From: Octopus bimaculoides
Taxonomy: Eukaryota
Direction: 5' to 3'
Length of the DNA stretch: 47,073 nucleotides
NCBI RefSeq assembly: GCF_001194135.2
Contig: NC_068983.1
Span: 111,665,988-111,713,060, forward strand
The translations under genes and the position numbers were made by a program. Below are positions 23,291 to 36,647 of the stretch, in pieces. The notes below the pieces were generated by a model. That model worked only from the letters and a program-made list of their open reading frames with translations. It searched no databases and was not told the DNA's origin. Each line of letters begins with the position of its first letter. The first letter of the stretch is position 1.

Positions 23291-24639
23291 TCTGAAATTC
23301 TTTAGATGAATAGATACACACAATTGGGTGTGTGCATCAGCAGCTCAACCAACACACCTACACAACTACATATTCACAAATACCAGGAACTCTCTTATCT
23401 CAAAATGTCTTGTCACTTTGTTAGCAACCAGACTGAACTCCCTGATGAAGAACTTAAATAAAGCTCAAAGAAAAATCAAAAATAGGGAGCATTGTTTCAT
23501 TGAAGTTGGATTCAAAACCTTAACTTGAAACGCAGGGTTCTATTCATCTTATACAAAAGGCAATTGATCAATACTATAGAAAATTGGAATACAAAAGATG
23601 AGTTTAACAATTCAAAATATCTCTTCTAATGGTGAGGATCTTGAATTGGTATACTCTTTGTGTGTTTGACAAAGATAATACTGAAACTGAGATCAGTGTC
23701 TAGTTTTGAGTATTATCAGTAGTAAATAATATTTAACTCCATGGTTGGAAAGCATCTAGCGCTTAACAGCCATCACTCCTATAGAAGCCATAAGAAAGAC
23801 AAGAGAAAAACATTAGAAAAATACCACCCAGAAAACAGCTTAATAAAATAGTAAAAATGAAGTGAAAGAGAAAATATGTCAGAATAACCTTGTTTGCTTG
23901 TCTCTCTTTTTATGAAGTTAATACCATGCTAATTACACTAATACTAATCTCTTCAGTTGTGCCGTCTTCTGTTTACATTGGATGGGATGTTCTTTCTACT
24001 CTTTTCACTTTTATCCATCTTTCAATGAAGAATATTTATCACATATAGAGAGACTTAATGCTTCTGTATTTTTACTATCTTTAATAGTAAATGCATTCGC
24101 TCTGTTTCAAACACACTTCTTCCCAAAGACATCTTAACTGATATGAGGACACTGCCTTGCAATTCGAAATATTTTATTCTCTAGTAGGAAATATTTTATT
24201 CTCTAATATTTATTAGCGCAACTCCTATTCTCAGCTCTTCCTAGTTGTGTAAACCTGATGTTAACTTCCATGCATTGTTCCATCCCATCCCCTTATTCTT
24301 ACATCTTATAAGCTCCCTTGTGTCTTATAACAGGAAGAAATTTCAACCATGTTTAGTGGTCTGCTACCACAACAGCTCCTTTATAGGATCCAGTTAGCTC
24401 AAGACATCATAGGAGGAACCATTTACCGCATTATTTCACACTACTGCTGCCCTCTGGACATACTGTAGCATTATTCATTCACTTTATCAAAATATGCATC
24501 ATCTAGTACCATTTGGAGGTTGTACCTCACCAATGTCTCTTTCAACTACTACACCTTCTATCCATTAGTTGTGATATCTTTTCTTAATCTTTCTGGTCCT
24601 TACATAGTTATTAAGACTAAGTGTATACATGCAGATCAC

Positions 24640-25900
24640 TTGTGGCAGAAATAAATTATTAAATAAATATCAAGACTTAAAACTGTGGATAAATTCTGCT
24701 AATGAGGATTTACAGAATATAATAAAAGTAAAGTAACTACATTAAGAACAAGTTGGAATATGTTCAAAGATTTTTATCTGTTAAAGAATAAGGGTTTTTT
24801 ACATTATGTAAAAGGAGAAAATTTTATGAAGCACACATAGAGTTGATGATGTTGCATGATGGTAAAACATGGGTGATGAGTTGAGATCTGCAGTATCAGG
24901 AAGACAAATGATCCAAATGAACTTAATGTGATCCATATGAATTGAGTTTAATTGTAGATTCGTAATGTCAACTCAGAAAAACTGATTGTAAATGAGTTGA
25001 GATAAACAGCTTAACATCCTAGTTATTGGCTAATCTATGCTGTTACAAATGTATATTCAGATCTATATGTAAAAATGAATGATTGATATATGAAGTGCAA
25101 CAAAAGTTTATAAATTGTGGAACATACGCAATGAGGAAGATTTGCCAAATGTTAAGATTGCAACTTAGAATACTGGGATCATATAACTGATGTCAAAAGC
25201 TTGAGGTGATAAAATATATGTTACATTGCAAGCTTATCTAGCAAATGATAACATAAAAATATAATGGTAAAACTGAGTGCTGAACTTAGAAAATAATGCT
25301 ACAGGATTAAAATCCTCATTGAATACTCAAAACAAAAGCAGAAGTAATTGATTGTCTTCTGCTATTCTCCATTCTCAAGACAAGAAAAAGTAAAGTTTGT
25401 TATTGAAGTTTGCATTCTAAGGAATAAATCTAATCTGTTATTTAGAAGAGATTTCAGTTTATCTCATAATACAATAAGGATTCCACATTTGTAATTTGCA
25501 ATAATAACTAAGGCGTTTCACCAGTCAGCCAAATATTTGGTTGTACTTTTATATTTTGAATCAAAGTTTTTACCGTTTCAAATGTATAAATGAATAATTA
25601 TAAATTCTAATTTTCTAGACAAGTATAGAGAAAAGTGGTAGCTTATAAAATATACATAACACAATGGTAATTTGAGGATATAGCCATAAATTGGAATTGG
25701 TCATTTGGCAGCACTGTTGAGAAAGGCAAGAAACACAACAGAAGAGTGAGATAAATATATTAGCACACAAATACTTGAAGTGTAGCAGATATCTATAGCA
25801 TATAAATTTTATCAGTCTGAGGTGAGATGCTATAAATGTCATTAATGTGAACAATATAGATAAGAGTTATATAAAAATGTAATGTATAATTTCAAGAGTT
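24640..25900 (+). mobile_element. Possible very old hAT transposase relic
   Basis: One broken frame at ~25665-25850 reads VI*GYSHKLELVI...SLR*DAINVINVN, similar to hAT HCxAHRLEL...RW. Upstream similarities are only suggestive. Confidence 0.28.
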
Positions 25901-28774
25901 CAGTTTAAATTTGAAGAACTATGGTTGCAGAGAAAAGAAAATTAAGTTTCAGATGAGCAAAATATTTAAACCTATTCAGCAGAATAAATAGAGGTTAAGT
26001 AGATTAAGATTAAATTACAAATACTTAATGAAAAAGACTCATATAATCAGTAATTATAATGCAGATTAATAGAAGAGAATAATATTACAGCTTTATGACC
26101 TACTCAGACAGACATCCATTGCTATAACATTGCCTGAAAGAATAACATTGCCATGAAATATTTTTAAAATTATATTCTTTAAAAAAGTCAGACACCAAAT
26201 AAAACTGTTGTCTCTAAAAGAATTCATTCAGTGAAGGGGACAGAAAAATTGTTCTGCATAGCCACACCATCCAGATGTCCATCATGGAAGACAATGTGAA
26301 TGGTGTGTCAGGTTAAAATATTGCTGACCTCTGAGCAAAGATACACAATGGCTGGGATCAATGAGGTGATGCTGTTTGATGTTGTCGCCATTCAGAGGCA
26401 CATTGAAAGTTTTTATCTCTCTATATATAAAGAAACAATAAGATATATTGTGAATAAAGAAACAGAGAGATAATAATAGATATGAATAAAAGGCAACAGG
26501 AGAGAATGAAAGAACAACTATTCATACTAAAGAACAATCAAAGAGAGAAAGCTCTTCTTTGACAAGACTATAAAAGTAGAAGTAAGCTAATGTGAGACCC
26601 CAAAATTCCAGACCAAATGCTAAAATTAAAGACTTGATTTTGGTAACATAAAATCAATCCTTAACCATTATATTTTTAAATAAGGCCTTTGGATTATCAT
26701 GTTATATTCATGGCAATAAATTCTGTTAATTTTCTCCAAAACTATTTTTAACTGCAGTTAATCTTTTAGGGTGACAAAACATTTTGTACTAGAATATTGA
26801 TGAAGATATAGTGAGAGGTGTCAGTCACTTCAACTAGACAATGCTTAATCATTAAGAATTGTGAAATTAAATAACAAAGCAAGAAGGTAATTGCAACTTC
26901 AAGGCATGAAGTTAGCATCAAGGAGCAATATTCTCTTTTGTCTCTGGCTGTTCAGAAGATGAAATTAAAGATGATATTGCAATAGATAGGTGTCAATTGT
27001 CTCAACTAAACAAAGCTCAGTCATTATGAGCTGCAAAATTAAATAATAAAAGAAAAGAAGCTAATGGCAATTTCAAGCCATGCATACATCACAGAACAAT
27101 ATATACCCTTTCAAAATGAAATTTATTAACAGGCATGATCAAATAGGTAGTATTATCTCCTGGACAATAGTACATTTTCAAATCAAATTAGAAAATGCAG
27201 AGCTGAAGCAGACATAAAAGTTTGTATCTGGCAATAATAGTTTCAATATTCTGAAACATGCTTGAATACATTGTAGCCAAAGTAAATCTTTGAGCAAATT
27301 ATTAATAGTATATCAGCAATTTTTTTTTTTTTTTTGTACCTTTGTAGACAGTTTAAGTCTTTCTAACTAAAATATTACTTGCAGGAATGTTAAATTATTA
27401 TTAGCGGGTAAAACTTATAAGTATGATGGGTATATTGAGAAAGAGCTAATAACCAGTTCACTAAATATAGGGAAAAAAGAATACAAACAAGATCACAGCA
27501 AATTTATAATAGCCTTTACTTGATTATCATGCAACATGCAACTTGGATTAATTGCAGAGCAAAGAAAGATATTCTAAAGTTAAAGAGCATGGGTTAATTT
27601 GCTTCTTTTTGTTTTAGTTTTCATCAGAGGTGAAATGTCAATGATAACCTGACCCCAGTAATAACCTTATTAAGGATATTGCCCTTGAAGTCAATGAACG
27701 GTATTAAAATACTAGAAACAGTGGAACCAGACAAATATGATCTTTCTATGAATGTTTGCATTAAAGGGTTACATCACTTTTAAATATACCTGGCCTAACT
27801 GTGCAAGTACTTTGCAAACTACACTGAGAAGATAGCATTTACTCAGGTTAAAGGGCAATTCATCTTTTATGGCTTTGAGTATCTGTCTTGCAACATACTT
27901 TTAAGGTAATTCATATATTTGTCTTCTATAATTTATATAAATTATGAAAGAAGTATTTATATCATACATCGGTATGATATATTACTACATTTTTATGTTT
28001 GATTGTGCATATGTGTGTGTGCATATGTGTGTGTGCATGTGTGTGTGTGTGTGCGTGTGTGTGTGTGTGTGTGCGGGCGTGTGTGTGTGTGTGTGTGTGT
28101 GTGTAACAATGATGAAGAAAATATTATAATTATAACTGAATTTTAGAAATGATAAACTACTGATCATGATACATTGCTGTAGTTAAATATATTCATTTTA
28201 TGTTTTGAGTTTTTTGCTTCATCTTTCATCACTCCAAGCAGGATGTAAAAGAAAAAGGTACCCGTAAGATCTATCTATCTAAAATCTATAAATTTATAGC
28301 CTGAAAATCCACGAATGTATAGTAATGTGTTTCCATAACTAAATAATTTGGTGGCACTTGTTTCCTCTCCAAATATAGTTACTAATTTCCCCACAAGTTC
28401 TAATTTTATTCTGCTGGATCCCCGTGCATCTTCCTCTTATGGTAACCTGGTTATGTTATGTCGTGGTTTCTAACCATAAACCATCCAGCCATGAGGTTAT
28501 AGTGGGTTACAGGTAGCAATACCAGATACAATCTGACCTGACCATACTCCAGAAACATACTAGAAAACAATTTAATTTACTCTTTCTCTACAAATCTGTA
28601 ATTTTGTGGCACAGTTACAATTCATTGATGCCAGAAATGGTAGAAGGCCAGATAACAAATATTGCAGTATCTAGTTATGGCCCTTTTCTACATACAGGGC
28701 TCAAATTCTATGTCATGCCATATTTCCACTATAGTGAGAATGGGTTAAATGTCATCTCTGCTGGACTCCAGATA

Positions 28775-29165
28775 TGTTGTTGTTGTTGGCACTCCATCGC
28801 TTACGACTTCGAGGGTTCCAGTTGAGCCACAGACACATGTACCCTTAACGTAGTTCTCGGGATATTCAGCATGACACAGTGTGACAAGGCTGACCCTTTG
28901 AATTACAGGCACAGCAGAAACCGGAAGTAAGAGTGAGAGAAAGTTGTAGTGGAAAAGTACAGCAGGGTTTGCCACCAGCCCCTGCCAGAGCCTCATGGAG
29001 CTTTAGGTGTTTTCCCTCAATAAACACTCACAACGCCTGGTCTGGGAATCGAAACTGCGATCTTATGACCGCAAGTCCACTGCCCTAACCACTGGGCCAT
29101 NNNNNNNNNNGCGATCTTATGACCGCAAGTCCACTGCCCTAACCACTGGGCCATTGCGCCTCCAC
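28775..29165 (-). mobile_element. tRNA-derived SINE, family C, with 12-bp target-site duplication
   Basis: TSD ggactccagata at 28763-28774 and 29166-29177, with a (CAA)n tail. The head is duplicated across the 10-N gap. Confidence 0.92.
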
Positions 29166-29364
29166 GGACTCCAGATAACACAGTAATGAGCAACACACAT
29201 TGAATAAAAAGATGCAGCTGAATCTGTCTGTTAGTTTGTCTGCAATCATTACTCTTGAATTGTATGTGCAACTATTTATTCTTTGCTCAGGACCCCAGGT
29301 GGAGGGTAAAGTTAGATACAAAGGCCCAGGTCTAAGAGGGCTAATTTTGCCTTTCATTCATCTA

Positions 29365-29581
29365 TGAATGGATGCTGAAAAGTTCCTGGCTTTAAGGGTA
29401 TCATTAAAGGCCTGGTTGGAGGCCCAACTTTCCGACTTCTTTTACAGGGATTAGAAAAACTGAATGACCCCTACAATAAGTGTGTGAATTTGAGAAGGGA
29501 ATATGTTGAATAAAATCATAATTTGCTGATCCTCCTGTATTTTCTTTTACCCAAAGTCAGGAATTTTCCAGCATTTCCTCA
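29365..29581 (+). mobile_element. Mariner-derived MITE, copy 2 (217 bp)
   Basis: ~30-bp imperfect TIRs flanked by TA on both sides. The internal sequence reads KKLND..NKCVNLRREYVE, like a mariner transposase C-terminus. Confidence 0.85.
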
Positions 29582-29699
29582 TAGGTTTGAAAAAAATGAG
29601 TATCATTAGAGTATTGAGATTGCTTTTACCTCTATTCTTTTACCTCAAGTAGAAATTATAAGAACTTTTAGAATCATAAGAGCATTGCAAAAATTGATT

Positions 29700-29880
29700 T
29701 GAGGCCTTTCTCCCAGCTCTTTACATTTTGAGTCCAAATCCTGCTTGGGTCAGCCTTATCATTCATCCTTTTGGGGTTGATAAAATAAGGTAATAATCAA
29801 GTATTGGAATTGCTATGATTGACTTATCCCTCCAAGCGAAAATTACTGTCTTGTGCCTGAACCAAAAACAATTATTATTA
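29700..29880 (+). mobile_element. Degenerate SINE family B fragment
   Basis: tttgagtccaaatcc...catcctttttggggttgataaaataagg...gacttatccc. Confidence 0.6.
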
Positions 29881-30297
29881 TTTTACAGGCACAAAAGTAC
29901 TACCAACTAGGGCCTGTCTGAAACGTATGTGCAAAGTGACAAAATTCTTCTGCATGCATTCATTCAGTGGCTAAACATTGCTGAAATGTGGAGTGGAGTG
30001 GAGTTATCTTGGGTATGATTGCAGAGCAAACTTCTTAAGCATTCAGCCATGCTAGCACTTATCTCTATGTTTTATTTGTATTGTACTTTATCGCTGCAAA
30101 GAAATACAACGGAAGCTATGCTTTGCTAAGGAGGTCAGAATAAAATTAAAACATATGTTGATTTGTCTCCCATAACTGCTGGCAAAATGAAAACATTATT
30201 AAAAATTGACCAATATTTTTCTTTTATTTATCACAAATTTATTTCTAGTTAGTGTTATATATTTAATGTAGAGAACATTAAAAATACTAACAAATAA

Positions 30298-30500
30298 GGT
30301 GGCATACTAGCAGACTCATTAGCACACTAGACAAAATACTTAGCAGCATTTCATCCATTTTTACATTCTGAGTTCAAATTCTTCTGAGTTTGACTCCCTT
30401 TTGGGGTTGATAAAAATAAGTACCAGTTGAAAACTGGGGTCGGTGTAATTGACTTATCCCCACTCCTGATCTTGCTGGCTTTGTGCTAAAATTTGAAACT
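30298..30500 (+). mobile_element. tRNA-derived SINE, family B
   Basis: ttctgagttcaaattc...ggggttgataaaataagtaccagttg...aaaatttgaaac. Confidence 0.75.
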
Positions 30501-30780
30501 AATATAACTATAACAAATCACAATCATTCCAATGTTCTTCACTCACAATTGCTCTACATTATGTTTCTATTACCAAAATGGTGTCCTTACTAAGATCAGT
30601 TAATTTAATTTCTTTATTGTTTTGCTAGTTTCAGTCAGTGGACTACAGCCATGCTAATACACTGCCAATGGGAATTTTGTCAGATATATCAACCTCAGCC
30701 CTTATTTTTAAAACATACTTATTTTGTCAGTCTTGTTTGTCAAACTGCTAAGTGGTAAAACTTAAAAAATGTAAACACAG

Positions 30781-30811
<31 letters not shown>

Positions 30812-31149
30812 GTTAGATATATGCATACATGTGTGTGTGTGTGTATGCGTATGGACAGCCAGACAGACTGACAGATAGACACGACAGGCATCCACACTAT
30901 TTCTATCTACCAAATATCACTCACAAAGCATTGGCTGACCTGAGCCCAAACCACAACAATAGCATCAACAACAATATATAGTCATACACATACATATGCA
31001 CTATCATACACATATATACATATAGAAGGCTACATACGCCAGCCTACACATACACACACAGCAACAACATACATAATCATACACATGAACATATACAAAC
31101 ATTTTGAGAAAAACATCCATCTTTATTATATATGTTTTTCATGTCCATC

Positions 31150-31265
31150 CCTGTATCTTCCTGCCCACACATTTATCTTCTTTGTTTCTGGTCTGTATCT
31201 TGACAGCCATATGGAATGTTTCTCCAAAATACATTCATCACTTCTCAGAAAACACCGAAGAACAG
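31150..31265 (-). mobile_element. Possible Tc1/IS630-like DDE fragment
   Basis: The minus strand reads SDECILEKHSIWLSRYRPETKKINVWAG, matching the FSDE...VWAG motif pair. Confidence 0.3.
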
Positions 31266-32339
31266 AAAAAAATAAACAAACATTGTTGACCTCCCGAGGA
31301 CCTCTCAGTTACCGAATCATAGTCTGTCTTTATATGAAGAACAATAAACAATCTATTTCTACTGCTGTAGTTCCATTACATAGTTTAAGGTTATTATATT
31401 ATGCCAGCCAATAATTACCTCTTCCTCTAGCTCAGTTCAGCTGGTATGGAGAAAAAAACCCCCACAAAAAACATATGAATCTTGTAGACAATAACAGGCA
31501 AAAAAAAAAAAAAAAAAATTCCCTTTAAAACAAACAAACAAAAGCATTGCACATAATGGAAAAAGTTGCATATTTTGATATTGGTTAGATAAATATGAAG
31601 TGTTAATAAATAATGAATATATAATTTAGTAACCAAATACTGGTATTTGTGTGGAGGTCACACAAATGAAGAGGAATTAGCATGATCATAAAACAATAGT
31701 TAATGTTATATAGTATCAGATAGCATCACTTAGTTAACCGTTAGTATCAGTTATCAGAAGAAATAACAATTTAGAATTTACAGACACCTCATTTAATATT
31801 GACTCCGATCGTTCTAGTGCTCTGTTGATGGATCAACTTTCAGAGATTAATATTCTGAAGTCTACAAGCTTTCTTAATATATACAATCTTATTAAGAATC
31901 AATATTAACAATAATTGAAAATAGAAATAGTTTAGCAAGAACTACATAGTAAAAGTAATGTGTGTGTGTGTTTTTTTTTAGTAGATAAAGCTATTCATTG
32001 TCTATGTATGAGTGAATGGGTATGTATGCATGTGTGTGCATGCGTGTGATCTGCGTGCGTGTATGTGGTGTTTGTGTGTGTGTGTGCACATGTGTATGTG
32101 CATGTGTGTGTGTGCTTATGCATTTATTTATGTGTGTGTGCTTATGCATTTATTTATATGTGAGTACACACATAAATTGGATATATATATATATATATAT
32201 ATACACATACACGTATATGTGTATGTGTGTGTGTGCACGTGCTTATGCATGAAAATATGCACATGTGCATTTATTTATGTGCGTAAGTACACGCTTATAT
32301 TGAATGTATATATACACACTATATTCTTATGTATAAAAC

Positions 32340-32366
32340 TATATCTATCTATCTATCTATCTATCC

Positions 32367-32434
<68 letters not shown>

Positions 32435-32435
32435 G
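32340..32435. repeat. (CTAT)n tetranucleotide microsatellite
   Basis: Directly visible. A related (AGAT)n/(AGAC)n tract lies at 45648-45735. Confidence 0.95.
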
Positions 32436-32516
32436 TGTATTGTCAGCAGATCTATATCCGAAAAAAAAGCACAGTCTAAACATTAGAGCAGTAATGCAAT
32501 TAACTTCTTATATACA

Positions 32517-32972
<456 letters not shown>

Positions 32973-32984
32973 ATATATATATTA

Positions 32985-33070
32985 TCCCCATCATCATCAT
33001 CTTCTTCATTTTCAACATTTAATATCCATGTGTCATGCTGGCATGAGTTGAATGGTTTGACAGAATCTGA
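32985..33070 (-). mobile_element. RTE 3' end stub
   Basis: catcatcatc...aacatttaatatccatgtgtcatgctggcatgagttg, the reverse complement of the RTE terminus. Confidence 0.6.
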
Positions 33071-33979
33071 TAGGTTTAAGGACTGCACCATGCTTAAGTG
33101 TATGGTTTGCTATAGTTTTCACCATTAGAAACTCTTCATGAAGCCAAGCACTTTACAGAATGTACCTGTTGCCTTTTTTTTACCCCCTTTTTCTTCTGCT
33201 AGCCACCACAACTGGTGAAGTTGACATGAGGCTTGCAAAACTGAACCCTGAGGGGTCAGTTTTACACTAGGAGATTAGGGGGTTAAAGCATGAGAAAAAG
33301 GGGCCAGAGCAGAAAAGGTTTCTTGCTGTAGAGGAGCTACATGACTACTCGCATTTTAGAAGAGACTGGGTAATCAGGTGGAGCTAGAAAAAAATAAAAA
33401 TATTGGTGATGCATGGACTGGATGGACCCTTAAGGTACAATGGGAGTAGAAGTGAGAAAACCAAGGATGTGTGAGTGAGGGTGGAGGCTGCTGGAGTTTT
33501 GGGGAGAATGAGAGATGAAGAATGGTTGAAGGGGGTGACAACAAAAGCTGTGAGGTGAGGCTAAAGGATGGATGTGGTGAATGGTGGATGAGAGATGGAA
33601 GATGACCAATGATGTTTGAGCTGCGAGAGGTGGGAGAGTAGGAGATGACTGACAGTGCAGAAATAAAAGATGGAGGAGGAGCAGCAGATTGATACAGTAA
33701 ATAGGAGAACAATCAGAAAGCAAAATAGAAGGAGGTTGAAGGAGAGGGTGAGAGAGAGAGAGAGATATGGTAGGGTTGGATGCAGGAATGTGCAAGTGAG
33801 GAGTGGATAAACAAGCAGAGTGCATCAGAAGAGTGATTGACAAATGGTAGCGAAGGTAAAGAGATAATTTGATGACTCAGTTGATGTGTGTATGACTAAT
33901 GTAAAGTGTAGCTGGAGCAAACAGTATTAATGGATGCACCATCATAATCCTCATTGTTTTAAAACTAATTTTTCCCTTG

Positions 33980-34200
33980 CATGTATAGATCAAACGAAAT
34001 TCATTGAGGCAGATTTTTTCTGACTAGAAGCCCTTCCTGTTTACCATTTTCACCTGATTCCAAGGAAGAAGACATTTCCCTGTTACCAGACATGTTTTTC
34101 ATAGAAGATTGGAAACAAATGACACTGCTTGTATGATGATAGCATTCATTCACAATTATCATGCAATCTTAATACAAGGGGACACAAACACATACAGAAA
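33980..34200 (+). repeat. Unclassified interspersed repeat (second copy at 43478-43680)
   Basis: The two loci align (ttcatt..gcagattt..gcccttc..tcac.tg.ttc.caagga...gacact..ttgtatg), and both end in a CA microsatellite. Confidence 0.55.
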
Positions 34201-34274
34201 CACATACACACATATCCACGTATATACATATACATATATACGTGTGTGTGAATATATATATATACACATATATA

Positions 34275-34995
34275 CAAAGTGTGTTCAAAAAGTATCTGAC
34301 TTTTTTCTTCCATCAAAACTAAGGCTGCATGGGCAAAATCCTTTGGGTGAGACGTAACACCACCCTTTCTGCGCATGTGTGAAAATTTATGCATTTCCCA
34401 CCCATGCCAGCATGGAAGGTAAACGTTAAACGATGATAATGATGATGATGATGTAAGCTGCATGAGTTCTCACCTGTTATTCCTAGAGTACAGATGTGTA
34501 GTGCACACTCATAGGATTTCTGTTTTCACATAAGATGAACAGAGGCATTGAGCAGAGACCATAAACCTATGTTTCATTACTATTGATGGTATTCTTCATG
34601 AAGTCTGGATCATTGTTTGGATAGTCCAGCATGTCCTGAGCGATTTCCATATGAAGTTGCTTCTGCTGCTCCACCAACGCCTTGGGCATGAATTTCGCTG
34701 ACTCACTCCACACGCACAAATCCTCCATTAAAATGGAATGCACTGATCCTGTGCTTATTCTCATTTCTCGAGCAATTACCTGGGTTGTTACATGATGGTC
34801 TTCCATGACTATTCACTGAACTTCTTCAATTGGCTCCTTGTTTCAGCACATGGATGACTTGCCTGAGAGTGTTTCACTCTCCACTGAGGGGCAGCCATGT
34901 TTGAAGCGGTTGAATTATTCCTTGATCTGTGTTTTGCCCATGACACCATCGCCAAAGGCCTGCTGAATCTTTTGGATGGTTTTAGCTTGAGTATA
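34275..34995. mobile_element. Rearranged mariner: + strand 5' end joined to an inverted transposase segment
   Basis: TA + TIR caaagtgtgttcaaaaagtatctgac, with ATG at 34535 (MNRGIEQR). Then 34562-34995 on the minus strand encodes TQAKTIQKIQQAFGD...SAKFMPK...DPDFMKNTINSNET. Confidence 0.82.
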
Positions 34996-34999
34996 TTAT

Positions 35000-35465
35000 A
35001 AAGGGAACATTTGAAAAAGGTAGACCTAGGAAGATGTGGGATGATGTAGTGAGAAAGGATCTACAGACGATGGAAACCACAGACGAGATCATAGGGATCG
35101 GGGCTCCTGGCAGTTTGCTGAGCTTTGAAAAGACAAATCAAGCTAAGTAAAAGCATGGCTGAACTGGCATGCAGGCTGTTCTCTGCATCCGTCTCTGGCT
35201 GAGTATTTCTACCTTGCAGGCTCATAGGTGCTGGTGCTATATAAAAAGTACCTGTACTGGTGCCACATAAATGCACCCAAGCTGGTGCTGCGTAAAAGTA
35301 CTCAGTACAACTCTGTAAAGTGGTCAGTATTAGGAAGAACATCTAGCTGTAGAAACCATACCAACACAGACATGGAGCTCAGACAGCTCTTCAACTAGCC
35401 AGCTCTTGTCAAGCCATCCAATCCATGCCAGCATGGAAAACAAACATTAAATGATGTTGATGATA
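35000..35465 (+). mobile_element. RTE-type LINE C-terminus and 3' UTR
   Basis: KGRPRKMWDDVVRKDLQTM, then the 3' terminus ccatgccagcatggaaaacaaacattaaatgatgttgatgat. Confidence 0.8.
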
Positions 35466-36268
35466 ACATCACCAACCTTGAGTATCACAAAACTTGATGC
35501 AATATCACTGTTTGATGTATTCAGCAGAAAAAAATTTGACGAGCATGCACTACAAACGTCCAGATGCACCCAGGCCATGTACACAATCTGCTCACAAGAT
35601 AGAAATAAAGCCTCCTACGAACCCACACACACATACCATCATACACCCAGCTTCCCACACTCACTCATGCACATCGCAAAAATTATTGAACTGTGAAAAA
35701 AAATTCAAGAAGTCAATTTGGATCCAGTGTGACAGATGTGGAGTAATGAGGGCACCTCGTTGATAAGGTTCCAAATGGCACTAGGAAAACTTTGACAAAG
35801 TAACTGATTGATTGATTGAATAATTAATGAAGCAACTGATTAGTTAATTGCTTAATTAGCTAATCAGTTAACTAGTGACTAATAATGATAAAAAGGAGCA
35901 CATTAGAAACAGTGATTGTGTTTCTACTGATAAATTTTCTCTCTTGATACATGAGATTCAAGACACGATTTCACATTGAGAATCTTGCAAAGTAAATGCA
36001 AAAGTAGCATGTACATATTACATACATATATAGATGAAAAAAACACATACACACATATATAGACATGTATATATTAATAAATACGTATATTTTTTTTGCC
36101 GTTGGAAAAAATACTAGGCATGCAAGCCTTCATGGATGTATATGTATGCATGTGTTTATTATACATACATGCATATATGTGTGTGTGTGTGTTCCAAAAT
36201 ATATATATTTATAGATAAAGAGATAGATAGGCATATACATACATATATTATATATGTGTGGTGTGTGC

Positions 36269-36337
<69 letters not shown>

Positions 36338-36550
36338 AATATGCATGCATGTATGTGCATATTAATACATGCATGCCTGTGCATATATGCATACTTTTAT
36401 ACCTTATATTTCTTTAAACAGCTAAAAATTTCAGAAATAAATAACAACAACCGCCACCCATAACAACAACAAGAGCAACAACAACAACAACAGTAATAAT
36501 CAGAAAGGAAGTAGGTTCATTCAAGCTCTGATTGGCTATTTCTCTGACAG

Positions 36551-36647
36551 CTAATATTCCGATCAGTTCAAACACCCAGGGACAGCATGACATTGTAGAG
36601 TTGATGGATTTCCAGATAAAAACGAAAAAGGAAAATGCTCATGACAA
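36551..36647 (+). CDS. Isolated candidate exon
   Basis: tatttctctgacag|...aa|gtatga. The single open frame reads ANIPISSNTQGQHDIVELMDFQIKTKKENAHD, with no recognisable homology. Confidence 0.2.

Noticed and set aside
29049-29151. Tandem duplication of the SINE head around the 10-N gap
   Set aside because: Identical sequence on both sides of a minimal gap indicates an unmerged contig overlap (assembly artefact).
31085-31414. 109-aa + strand ORF
   Set aside because: No recognisable domain, and it starts in microsatellite-like sequence. The opposite strand better resembles a Tc1 relic.
31645-31680. 9-bp hairpin (atttgtgtg/cacacaaat) as a Helitron 3' terminus
   Set aside because: It is not followed by CTRR and lies more than 20 kb from the Helitron coding fragment, on the wrong side.
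33374-33843. Two overlapping 112-137 aa minus-strand ORFs
   Set aside because: Purine/pyrimidine-skewed low-complexity DNA with no motif. Stop avoidance is explained by composition.
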